Source: Eledone cirrhosa
Taxonomy: Eukaryota
Length of the DNA stretch: 64,000 bases
Direction of reading: 5' to 3'
Assembly: GCA_964016885.1 (NCBI GenBank)
Contig: CAXHJY010000096.1
Coordinates: forward strand, 2,604,001 to 2,668,000
In this document: piece after piece, positions 25,101-37,600 of the stretch
Layout: every line of letters begins with the position of its first letter
Numbering within the stretch: the stretch's first letter is position 1
Translations under genes and position numbers: made by a program
Notes under the pieces: generated by a model
What the model was told of the DNA's origin: nothing
The model's database searches: none
The model's input: the letters and a program-made list of their open reading frames with translations, nothing else

Positions 25101-28100
25101 TCAGGGGGAGATAATTCGTAAAAAAAAATCAGGGGGAGATAATTTGTAAAAAAAAATCAGGGGGAGATAATTTGTAAAAAAAATCAAGGGGAGATAATTT
25201 CCAGCCGTCCAAGGGGAGGTAATATCTAGCCGTCCAAGGGGAGATAATTTCCAGCCGTCCAAGGGGAGATAATTTCCAGCCGTCCAAGGGGAGATAATTT
25301 CCAGCCGTCCAAGGAGACATATTTTCCAGCCGTCCAAGGCGAGGTAATTTCTAGCCGTCCAAGGGGAGATTAATTCCAGCCTCCAAGGGGAGATAATTTC
25401 CAGCCAGCCAAGGGGAGATAATTTGTAAAAAAATCAGGGGGAGATAATTTGTAAAAAATATCAGGGAGATAATTTGTAAAAAAAAATCAGGGGGAGATAA
25501 TTTGTAAAAAAAATCAGGGGGAGATAATTTGTAAAAAAAAATCAGGGGGAGATAATTTGTAAAAAAAATCAAGGGGAGATAATTTCCAGCCGTCCAAGGG
25601 GAGATAATTTTCAGCCGTCCAAGGAGAGGTAATTTCTAACCGTCCGAGGAGAGATAATTTCCAGCCGTCCAAGGGGAGATAATTTCCAGCCGTCCAAGGG
25701 GAGATAATTTCCAGCCGTCCAAGGAGACATATTTTCCAGCCGTCCAAGGAGAGGTAATTTCTAGCCGTCCAAGGGGAGATAAATTCCAGCCTCCAAGGGG
25801 AGATAATTTCCAGCCAGCCAAGGGGAGATAATTTGTAAAAAAATCAGGGGGAGATAATTTGCAAAAAAAATCAGGGGGAGATAATTTGTAAAAAAAATCA
25901 GGGGGAGATAATTTGTAAAAAATAATCAGGGGGAGATAATTTCCAGCCGTCCAAGGAAGATAATTTCCAGCCCTCCAAGGGGCTATAATTTCCAGTGTCC
26001 AAGGGGAGATAATTTCCAGCCAGCGAAGGGGAGATAATTTTTTTTAAAAAATCATTGGGAGATTTGTAAAAAAAATCAGGGGGAGATAATTTGTAAAAAA
26101 AATCAAGGGGAGATAATTTCCAGCCGTCCAAGGGGAGGTAATATCTAGCCGTCCAAGGGTAGATAATTTCCAGCCGTCCAACGGGAGATAATTTCCAGCC
26201 GTCCAAGGGTAGATAATATCCAGCCGCCCAAGGACATATTTTCCAGCCGTCCAAGGAGAGGTAATTTCTAGCCGTCCAAGGGGAGATAATTTCCAGCCGT
26301 CCAAGGGTAGATAATATCCAGCCGTCCAAGGACATATTTTCCAGCCGTCCAAGGAGAGGTAATTTCTAGCCGTCCAAGGGGAGATAAATTCCAGCCTCCA
26401 AGGGGAGATAATTTCCAGCCAGCCAAGGGGAGATAATTTGTAAAAAAATCAGGGGGAGATAATTTGTAAAAAAAATCAGGGGGAGATAATTTGTAAAAAA
26501 AAATCAGGGGGAGATAATTTGTAAAAAAAAATCAGGGTGAGATAATTTGCAAAAAAAATCAGGGGGAGATAATTTGTAAAAAAAAATCAGGGGTAGATAA
26601 TTTGTAAAAAAAAATCAGGGGGAGATAATTTGTAAAAAAAAATCAGGGGGAGATAATTTGTAAAAAAAATCAAGGGGAGATAATTTCCAGCCGTCCAAGG
26701 AGAGATAATTTAAAAAAAAATCAGGCGGAGATAATTTGTAAAAAAAAATCAGGGGGAGATAATTTGTAAAAAAAATCAGGGGGAGATAATTTGTAAAAAA
26801 AAATCAGGGGTAGATAATTTGTAAAAAAAAATCAGGGGGAGATAATTTGTAAAAAAAAATCAGGAGGAGATAATTTGTAAAAAAAATCAAGGGGAGATAA
26901 TTTCCAGCCGTCCAAGGAGAGATAATTTAAAAAAAAATCAGGCGGAGATAATTTGTAAAAAAAAATCAGGGGGAGATAATTTGTAAAAAAAAATCAGGGG
27001 GAGATAATTTGTAAAAAAAATCAAGGGGAGATAATTTCCAGCCGTCCAAGGGGAGATAATTTTCAGCCGTCCAAGGGGAGATAATTTCCCGCCAGCCAAG
27101 GGAAGATAATATTCAAAAAAATCAGGCGGAGATAATTTGTAAAAAAAATCAGGGGGAGATAATTTGTAAAAAAATCAGGGGGAGATAATTTGTAAAAAAA
27201 AAATCAGGGGGAGATAATTTGTAAAAAAAATCAGGGGGAGATAATTTGTAAAAAAAATCAGGGGTAGATAATTTGTAAAAAAAAATCAGGGGGAGATAAT
27301 TTGTAAAAAAAAATCAGGGGGAGATAATTTGTAAAAAAAATGAAAGGGGAGATAATATCCAGCCGTCCAAGGGGAGATAATTTCCAGCCGTCCAAGGGGA
27401 GATAATTTCCAGCCGTCCAAGGGGAGATAATTTCCATCCTTCCAAGGGGATATAATTTCCAGCCGTCCAAGGGGAGATAATTTCCATCCTTCCAAGGGGA
27501 TATAATTTCCAGCCGTCCAAGGGGAGATAATTTTCAGCCGTCCAAGGAGAGGTAATTTCTAGCCGTCCAAGGAGAGATAATTTCCAGCCGTCCAAGGGGA
27601 GATAATTTCCAGCCGTCCAAGGGGAGATAATTTCCAGCCGTCCAAGGAGACATATTTTCCAGCCGTCCAAGGAGAGGTAATTCCTAGCCGTCCAAGGGGA
27701 GATAAATTCCAGCCTCCAAGGGGAGATAATTTCCAGCCAGCCAAGGGGAGATAATTTGTAAAAAAAATCAGGGGGAGATAACTTGTAAAAAAAATCAGGG
27801 GGAGATAATTTGTAAAAAAAAATCAGGGGTAGATAATTTGTAAAAAATAATCAGGGGGAGATAATTTGTAAAAAAAATCAAGGGGAGATAATTTCCAGCC
27901 GTCCAAGGGGAGATAATTTTCAGCCGTCCAAGGGGAGATAATTTCCCGCCAGCCAAGGGAAGATAATATTTAAAAAAATTAGGCGGAGATAATTTGTAAA
28001 AAAAATCAGGGGGAGATAATTTGTAAAAAAATCAGGGGGAGATAATTTGTAAAAAAAATCAGGGGGTGATAATTTGTAAAAAAAATCAGGGGGAGATAAT

Positions 28101-28705
28101 TTGTAAAAAAAAATCAGGGGGAGATAATTTGTAAAAAAAATCAAGGGGAGATAATTTCCAGCCGTCCAAGGGAAGATAATTTCCAGCCCTCCAAGGGGCT
28201 ATAATTTCCAGCGTCCAAGGGGAGATAATTTCCAGCCAGCGAAGGGGAGATAATTTTTTTTAAAAAATCATTGGGAGATTTGTAAAAAAAATCAGGGGGA
28301 GATAATTTGTAAAAAAAATCAAGGGGAGATAATTTCCAGCCGTCCAAGGGGAGGTAATATCTAGCCGTCCAAGGGGAGATAATTTCCAGCCGTCCAAGGG
28401 GAGATAATTTCCAGCCGTCCAAGGGTAGATAATATCCAGCCGTCCAAGGACATATTTTCCAGCCGTCCAAGGAGAGGTAATTTCTAGCCGTCCAAGGGGA
28501 GATAAATTCCAGCCTCCAAGGTGAGATAATTTCCAGCCAGCCAAGGGGAGATAATTTGTAAAAAAATCAGGGGGAGATAATTTGTAAAAAAAATCAGGGG
28601 GAGATAATTTGTAAAAAAAAATCAGGGGGAGATAATTTGTAAAAAAAAATCAGGGGGAGATAATTTGTAAAAAAAAATCAGGGGGAGATAATTTGTAAAA
28701 AAATC
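19118..28705 (+). repeat. Near-identical tandem duplication, period 4795 bp
   Basis: ORF offsets are all 4795 (19409->24204, 20306->25101, 22463->27258, 23465->28260). Shared private variants: gagattaatt (~20575/25370), cagggtgag (21743/26538), agataacttg (~22987/27782), gggggtgat (~23272/28067). Confidence 0.93.
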
Positions 28706-31649
28706 AAGGGGAGATAATTTCCAGCCGTCCAAGGGGAGATAATTTTCAGCCGTCCAAGGGGAGATAATTTCCCGCCAGCCAAGGGAAGATAATATTTGAA
28801 AAAATCAGGCGGAGATAATTTGTAAAAAAAATCAGGGGGAGATAATTTGTAAAAAAATCAGGGGGAGATAATTTGTAAAAAAAAAATCATGGGGAGATAA
28901 TTTGTAAAAAGAATCAGGGGGAGATAATTTGTAAAAAAAAATCAGGGGTAGATAAATTGTAAAAAAAAATCAGGGGGAGATAATTTGTAAAAAAAATCAG
29001 GGGGAGATAATTTGTAAAAAAAATGAAAGGGGAGATAATATCCAGCCGTCCAAGGGGAGATAATTTCCAGCCGTCCAAGGGGAGATAATTTCCAGCCGTC
29101 CAAGGGGAGATAATTTCCATCCTTCCAAGGGGATATAATTTCCAGCCGTCCAAGGGGAGATAATTTCCCGCCAGCCAAGGGAAGATAATTTTTAAAAAAA
29201 TCAGGCGGAGATTGTAAAAAAAATCAGGGGGGAGATAATTTGTAAAAAAATCAGGGGGAGATAATTTGTAAAAAAAAATCAGGGGGAGATAATTTGTAAA
29301 AAATAATCAGGGGGAGATAATTTGTAAAAAAAAATCAAGGGGAGATAATTTCCAGCCGTCCAAGGGGAGATAATTTCCCGCCAGCCAAGGGAAGATAATA
29401 TTTAAAAAAATTAGGCGGAGATAATTTGTAAAAAAAATCAGGGGGAGATAATTTGTAAAAAAATCAGGGGGAGATAATTTGTAAAAAAAATCAGGGGGAG
29501 ATAATTTGTAAAAAAATTCATGGGGAGATAATTTGTAAAAAAAAATCAGGGGTAGATAATTTGTAAAAAAAAATCAGGGGGAGATAATTTGTAAAAAAAA
29601 ATCAGGGGGAGATAATTTGTAAAAAAAATCAAGGGGAGATAATTTCCAGCCGTCCAAGGGGAGATAATTTTCAGCCGTCCAAGGAGAGGTAATTTCTAGC
29701 CGTCCAAGGGGAGATAATTTCCAGCCGTCCAAGGGGAGGTAATTTCCAGCCGTCCAAGGGGAGATAATTTAAAAAAAAAAATCAGGCGGAGATAATTTGT
29801 AAAAAAAATCAAGGGGAGATAATTTGCAGCCGTCCAAGGGGAGATAATTTTCAGTCGTCCAAGGAGAGGTAATTTCTAGCCGTCCAAGGGGAGATAATTG
29901 CCAGCCGTCCAAGGGGAGATAATTTCCAGCCGTCCAAGGGGAGATAATTTTTTTTTAAAAATCAGGCGGAGATAATTTGTAAAAAAAATCAGGGGGAGAT
30001 AATTTGTAAACAAAATCAGGGGGAGATAATTTGTAAAAAAAAATCAGGGGGAGATAATTTGTAAAAAAAATCATGGAGAGATAATTTCCAGCCGTCCAAG
30101 GTGAGATAATTTCCAGCCGTCCAAGGAGACATATTTTCCAGCCGTCCAAGGCGAGGTAATTTCTAGCCGTCCAAGGGGAGATAAATTCCAGCCTCCAAGG
30201 GGAGATAATTTCCAGCCAGCCAAGTGGAGATAATTTGTAAAAAAATCAGGGGGAGATAATTTGTAAAAAATATCAGGGAGATAATTTGTAAAAAAAAATC
30301 AGGGGGAGATAATTTGTAAAAAAAATCAGGGGGAGATAATTTGTAAAAAAAAATCAGGGGGAGATAATTTGTAAAAAAAATCAAGGGGAGATAATTTCCA
30401 GCCGTCCAAGGGGAGATAATTTTCAGCCGTCCAAGGGGAGATAATTTCCCGCCAGCCAAGGGAAGATAATATTTAAAAAAATCAGGCGGAGATAATTTGT
30501 AAAAAAAATCAGGGGGAGATAATTTGTAAAAAAATCAGGGGGAGATAATTTGTAAAAAAAAAATCAGGGGGAGATAATTTGTAAAAAAAATCAGGGGGAG
30601 ATAATTTGTAAAAAAAATCAAGGGGAGATAATTTCCAGCCGTCCAAGGGGAGATAATTTTCAGCCGTCCAAGGGGAGATAATTTGTAAAAAAAATCAAGG
30701 GGAGATAATTTCCAGCCGTCCAAGGGGAGATAATTTCCCGCCAGCCAAGGGAAGATAATATTTAAAAAAATCAGGCGGAGATAATTTGTAAAAAAAATCA
30801 GGGGGAGATAATTTGTAAAAAAATCAGGGGGAGATAATTTGTAAAAAAAAAATCAGGGGGAGATAATTTGTAAAAAAAATCAGGGGGAGATAATTTGTAA
30901 AAAAAAATCAGGGGTAGATAAATTGTAAAAAAAAATCAGGGGGAGATAATTTGTAAAAAAAATCAGGGGGAGATAATTTGTAAAAAAAATGAAAGGGGAG
31001 ATAATATCCAGCCGTCCAAGGGGAGATAATTTCCAGCCGTCCAAGGGGAGATAATTTCCAGCCGTCCAAGGGGAGATAATTTCCATCCTTCCAAGGGGAT
31101 ATAATTTCCAGCCGTCCAAGGGGAGATAATTTCCCGCCAGCCAAGGGAAGATAATTTTTAAAAAAATCAGGCGGAGATTGTAAAAAAAATCAGGGGGGAG
31201 ATAATTTGTAAAAAAATCAGGGGGAGATAATTTGTAAAAAAAAATCAGGGGGAGATAATTTGTAAAAAAATTCAAGGGGAGATAATTTCCAGCCGTCCAA
31301 GGGGAGATAATTTCCCGCCAGCCAAGGGAAGATAATATTTAAAAAAATTAGGCGGAGATAATTTGTAAAAAAAATCAGGGGGAGATAATTTGTAAAAAAA
31401 TCAGGGGGAGATAATTTGTAAAACAAATCAGGGGGAGATAATTTGTAAAAAAAATCATGGGGAGATAATTTGTAAAAAAAAATCAGGGGTAGATAATTTG
31501 TAAAAAAAAATCAGGGGGAGATAATTTGTAAAAAAAAATCAGGGGGAGATAATTTGTAAAAAAAATCAAGGGGAGATAATATCCAGCCGTCCAAGGAGAG
31601 ATAATTTTAAAAAAAAATGAGGCGGAGATAATTTGTAAAAAAAAAATCA

Positions 31650-34600
31650 GGGGGAGTTAATTTGTAAAAAAAAATGAGGGGGAGATAATTTGTAAAAAAA
31701 ATCAAGGGGAGATAATTTCCAGCCGTCCAAGGGGAGATAATTTTCAGCCGTCCAAGGAGAGGTAATTTCTAGCCGTCCAAGGGGAGATAATTTCCAGCCG
31801 TCCAAGGGGAGGTAATTTCCAGCCGTCCAAGGGGAGATAAATTAAAAAAAAAATCAGGCGGAGATAATTTGTAAAAAAAATCAAGGGGAGATAATTTGCA
31901 GCCGTCCAATGGGAGATAATTTTCAGTCGTCCAAGGAGAGGTAATTTCTAGCCGTCAAAGGGGAGATAATTTCCAGCCGTCCAAGGGGAGATAATTTCCA
32001 GCCGTCCAAGGGGAGATAATTTTTTTTTAAAAATCAGGCGGAGATAATTTGTAAAAAAAATCAGGGGGAGATAATTTGTAAACAAAATCAGGGGGAGATA
32101 ATTTGTAAAAAAAATCAGGGGGAGATAATTTGTAAAAAAAATTAGGCGTAGATAATTTGTAAAAAAAAATCAGGGGGAGATAATTTGTAAAAAAAAATCA
32201 GGGGGAGATAATTTGTTTAAAAAATCAAGGGGAGATAATTTGCAGCCGTCCAAGGGGAGATAATTTTCAGCCGTCCAAGGAGAGGTAATTTCTAGCCGTT
32301 CAAGGGGAGATAATTTCCAGCCGTCCAAGGGGAGATAATTTCCAGCCGTCCAAGGGGAGATAATTTTTTTTTAAAAATCAGGCGGAGATAATTTGTAAAA
32401 AAAAATCAGGGGGAGATAATTCGTAAAAAAAAATCAGGGGGAGATAATTTGTAAAAAAAAATCAGGGGGAGATAATTTGTAAAAAAAATCAAGGGGAGAT
32501 CATTTCCAGCCGTCCAAGGGAAGATAATTTCCAGCCCTCCAAGGGGCTATAATTTCCAGCGTCCAAGGGGAGATAATTTCCAGCCAGCGAAGGGGAGATA
32601 ATTTTTTAAAAAAAATCATTGGGAGATTTGTAAAAAAAATCAGGGGGAGATAATTTGTAAAAAAAATCAAGGGGAGATAATTTCCAGCCGTCCAAGGGGA
32701 GGTAATATCTAGCCGTCCAAGGGTAGATAATTTCCAGCCGTCCAACGGGAGATAATTTCCAGCCGTCCAAGGGTAGATAATATCCAGCCGCCCAAGGACA
32801 TATTTTCCAGCCGTCCAAGGAGAGGTAATTTCTAGCCGTCCAAGGGGAGATAATTTCCAGCCGTCCAAGGGTAGATAATATCCAGCCGTCCAAGGACATA
32901 TTTTCCAGCCGTCCAAGGAGAGGTAATTTCTAGCCGTCCAAGGGGAGATAAATTCCAGCCTCCAAGGGGAGATAATTTCCAGCCAGCCAAGGGTAGATAA
33001 TTTGTAAAAAAATCAGGGGGAGATAATTTGTAAAAAAAATCAGGGGGAGATAATTTGTAAAAAAAAATCAGGGGGAGATAATTTGTAAAAAAAAATCAGG
33101 GGGAGATAATTTGCAAAAAAAATCAGGGGGAGATAATTTGTAAAAAAAAATCAGGGGTAGATAATTTGTAAAAAAAAATCAGGGGGAGATAATTTGTAAA
33201 AAAAAATCAGGGGGAGATAATTTGTAAAAAAAATCAAGGGGAGATAATTTCCAGCCGTCCAAGGAGAGATAATTTAAAAAAAAATCAGGCGGAGATAATT
33301 TGTAAAAAAAAATCAGGGGGAGATAATTTGTAAAAAAAAATCAGGGGGAGATAATTTGTAAAAAAAAATCAGGGGGAGATAATTTGTAAAAAAAATCAGG
33401 AGGAGATAATTTGTAAAAAAAATCAAGGGGAGATAATTTCCAGCCGTCCAAGGAGAGATAATTTTAAAAAAAATCAGGCGGAGATAATTTGTAAAAAAAA
33501 ATCAGGGGGAGATAATTTGTAAAAAAAAATAAGGGTAAATAATTTGTAAAAAAAATCAAGGGGAGATAATTTCCAGCCGTCCAAGGGGAGATAATTTTCA
33601 GCCGTCCAAGGGGAGATAATTTCCCGCCAGCCAAGGGAAGATAATATTCAAAAAAATCAGGCGGAGATAATTTGTAAAAAAAATCAGGGGGAGATAATTT
33701 GTAAAAAAATCAGGGGGAGATAATTTGTAAAAAAAAAAATCAGGGGGAGATAATTTTTAAAAAAAATCAGGGGGAGATAATTTGTAAAAAAAAATCAGGG
33801 GTAGATAATTTGTAAAAAAAAATCAGGGGGAGATAATTTGTAAAAAAAAATCAGGGGGAGATAATTTGTAAAAAAAATGAAAGGGGAGATAATATCCAGC
33901 CGTCCAAGGGGAGATAATTTCCAGCCGTCCAAGGGGAGATAATTTCCAGCCGTCCAAGGGGAGATAATTTCCATCCTTCCAAGGGGATATAATTTCCAGC
34001 CGTCCAAGGGGAGATAATTTCCATCCTTCCAAGGGGATATAATTTCCAGCCGTCCAAGGGGAGATAATTTTCAGCCGTCCAAGGAGAGGTAATTTCTAGC
34101 CGTCCAAGGAGAGATAATTTCCAGCCGTCCAAGGGGAGATAATTTCCAGCCGTCCAAGGGGAGATAATTTCCAGCCGTCCAAGGAGACATATTTTCCAGC
34201 CGTCCAAGGAGAGGTAATTCCTAGCCGTCCAAGGGGAGATAAATTCCAGCCTCCAAGGGGAGATAATTTCCAGCCAGCCAAGGGGAGATAATTTGTAAAA
34301 AAAATCAGGGGGAGATAATTTGTAAAAAAAATCAGGGGGAGATAATTTGTAAAAAAAAATCAGGGGGAGATAATTTGTAAAAAATAATCAGGGGGAGATA
34401 ATTTGTAAAAAAAATCAAGGGGAGATAATTTCCAGCCGTCCAAGGGGAGATAATTTTCAGCCGTCCAAGGGGAGATAATTTCCCGCCAGCCAAGGGAAGA
34501 TAATATTTAAAAAAATTAGGCGGAGATAATTTGTAAAAAAAATCAGGGGGAGATAATTTGTAAAAAAATCAGGGGGAGATAATTTGTAAAAAAAATCAGG

Positions 34601-37600
34601 GGGAGATAATTTGTAAAAAAAATCAGGGGGAGATAATTTGTAAAAAAAAATCAGGGGGAGATAATTTGTAAAAAAAATCAAGGGGAGATAATTTCCAGCC
34701 GTCCAAGGGAAGATAATTTCCAGCCCTCCAAGGGGCTATAATTTCCAGCGTCCAAGGGGAGATAATTTCCAGCCAGCGAAGGGGAGATAATTTTTTTTTA
34801 AAAATCATTGGGAGATTTGTAAAAAAAATCAGGGGGAGATAATTTGTAAAAAAAATCAAGGGGAGATAATTTCCAGCCGTCCAAGGGGAGGTAATATCTA
34901 GCCGTCCAAGGGGAGATAATTTCCAGCCGTCCAAGGGGAGATAATTTCCAGCCGTCCAAGGGTAGATAATATCCAGCCGTCCAAGGACATATTTTCCAGC
35001 CGTCCAAGGAGAGGTAATTTCTAGCCGTCCAAGGGGAGATAAATTCCAGCCTCCAAGGTGAGATAATTTCCAGCCAGCCAAGGGGAGATAATTTGTAAAA
35101 AAATCAGGGGGAGATAATTTGTAAAAAAAATCAGGGGGAGATAATTTGTAAAAAAAAATCAGGGGGAGATAATTTGTAAAAAAAATCAGGGGGAGATAAT
35201 TTGTAAAAAAAAATCAGGGGGAGATAATTTGTAAAAAAAATCAAGGGGAGATAATTTCCAGCCGTCCAAGGGGAGATAATTTCCCGCCAGCCAAGGGAAG
35301 ATAATATTTAAAAAAATCAGGCGGAGATAATTTGTAAAAAAAATCAGGGGGAGATAATTTGTAAAAAAATCAGGGGGAGATAATTTGTAAAAAAAAAATC
35401 AGGGGGAGATAATTTGTAAAAAAAATCAGGGGGAGATAATTTGTAAAAAAAAATCAGGGGTAGATAAATTGTAAAAAAAAATCAGGGGGAGATAATTTGT
35501 AAAAAAAATCAGGGAGGGATAATTTGTAAAAAAAATGAAAGGGGAGATAATATCCAGCCGTCCAAGGGGAGATAATTTCCAGCCGTCCAAGGGGAGATAA
35601 TTTCCAGCCGTCCAAGGGGAGATAATTTCCATCCTTCCAAGGGGATATAATTTCCAGCCGTCCAAGGGGAGATAATTTCCCGCCAGCCAAGGGAAGATAA
35701 TTTTTAAAAAAATCAGGCGGAGATTGTAAAAAAAATCAGGGGGGAGATAATTTGTAAAAAAATCAGGGGGAGATAATTTGTAAAAAATAATCAGGGGGAG
35801 ATAATTTGTAAAAAAAAATCAAGGGGAGATAATTTCCAGCCGTCCAAGGGGAGATAATTTCCCGCCAGCCAAGGGAAGATAATATTTAAAAAAATTAGGC
35901 GGAGATAATTTGTAAAAAAAATCAGGGGGAGATAATTTGTAAAAAAATCAGGGGGAGATAATTTGTAAAAAAAACAGGGGGAGATAATTTGTAAAAAAAA
36001 TCATGGGGAGATAATTTGTAAAAAAAAATCAGGGGTAGATAATTTGTAAAAAAAAATCAGGGGGAGATAATTTGTAAAAAAAAATCAGGGGGAGATAATT
36101 TGTAAAAAAAATCAAGGGGAGATAATTTCCAGCCGTCCAAGGGGAGATAATTTTCAGCTGTCCAAGGAGAGGTAATTTCTAGCCGTCCAAGGGGAGATAA
36201 TTTCCAGCCGTCCAAGGGGAGGTAATTTCCAGCCGTCCAAGGGGAGATAATTTAAAAAAAAAAATCAGGCGGAGATAATTTGTAAAAAAAATCAAGGGGA
36301 GATAATTTGCAGCCGTCCAAGGGGAGATAATTTTCAGTCGTCCAAGGAGAGGTAATTTCTAGCCGTCCAAGGGGAGATAAATTCCAGCCTCCAAGGGGAG
36401 ATAATTTCCAGCCAGCCAAGGGTAGATAATTTGTAAAAAAATCAGGGGGAGATAATTTGTAAAAAAAATCAGGGGGAGATAATTTGTAAAAAAAAATCAG
36501 GGGGAGATAATTTGTAAAAAAAAATCAGGGGGAGATAATTTGCAAAAAAAATCAGGGGGAGATAATTTGTAAAAAAAAATCAGGGGTAGATAATTTGTAA
36601 AAAAAAATCAGGGGGAGATAATTTGTAAAAAAAAATCAGGGGGAGATAATTTGTAAAAAAAATCAAGGGGAGATAATTTCCAGCCGTCCAAGGAGAGATA
36701 ATTTAAAAAAAAATCAGGCGGAGATAATTTGTAAAAAAAAATCAGGGGGAGATAATTTGTAAAAAAAAATCAGGGGGAGATAATTTGTAAAAAAAAATCA
36801 GGGGGAGATAATTTGTAAAAAAAATCAGGAGGAGATAATTTGTAAAAAAAATCAAGGGGAGATAATTTCCAGCCGTCCAAGGAGAGATAATTTTAAAAAA
36901 AATCAGGCGGAGATAATTTGTAAAAAAAAATCAGGGGGAGATAATTTGTAAAAAAAAATCAGGGGGAGATAATTTGTAAAAAAAATCAAGGGGAGATAAT
37001 TTCCAGCCGTCCAAGGGGAGATAATTTTCAGCCGTCCAAGGGGAGATAATTTCCCGCCAGCCAAGGGAAGATAATATTCAAAAAAATCAGGCGGAGATAA
37101 TTTGTAAAAAAAATCAGGGGGAGATAATTTGTAAAAAAATCAGGGGGAGATAATTTGTAAAAAAAAAAATCAGGGGGAGATAATTTTTAAAAAAAATCAG
37201 GGGGAGATAATTTGTAAAAAAAAATCAGGGGTAGATAATTTGTAAAAAAAAATCAGGGGGAGATAATTTGTAAAAAAAAATCAGGGGGAGATAATTTGTA
37301 AAAAAAATGAAAGGGGAGATAATATCCAGCCGTCCAAGGGGAGATAATTTCCAGCCGTCCAAGGGGAGATAATTTCCAGCCGTCCAAGGGGAGATAATTT
37401 CCATCCTTCCAAGGGGATATAATTTCCAGCCGTCCAAGGGGAGATAATTTCCATCCTTCCAAGGGGATATAATTTCCAGCCGTCCAAGGGGAGATAATTT
37501 TCAGCCGTCCAAGGAGAGGTAATTTCTAGCCGTCCAAGGAGAGATAATTTCCAGCCGTCCAAGGGGAGATAATTTCCAGCCGTCCAAGGGGAGATAATTT

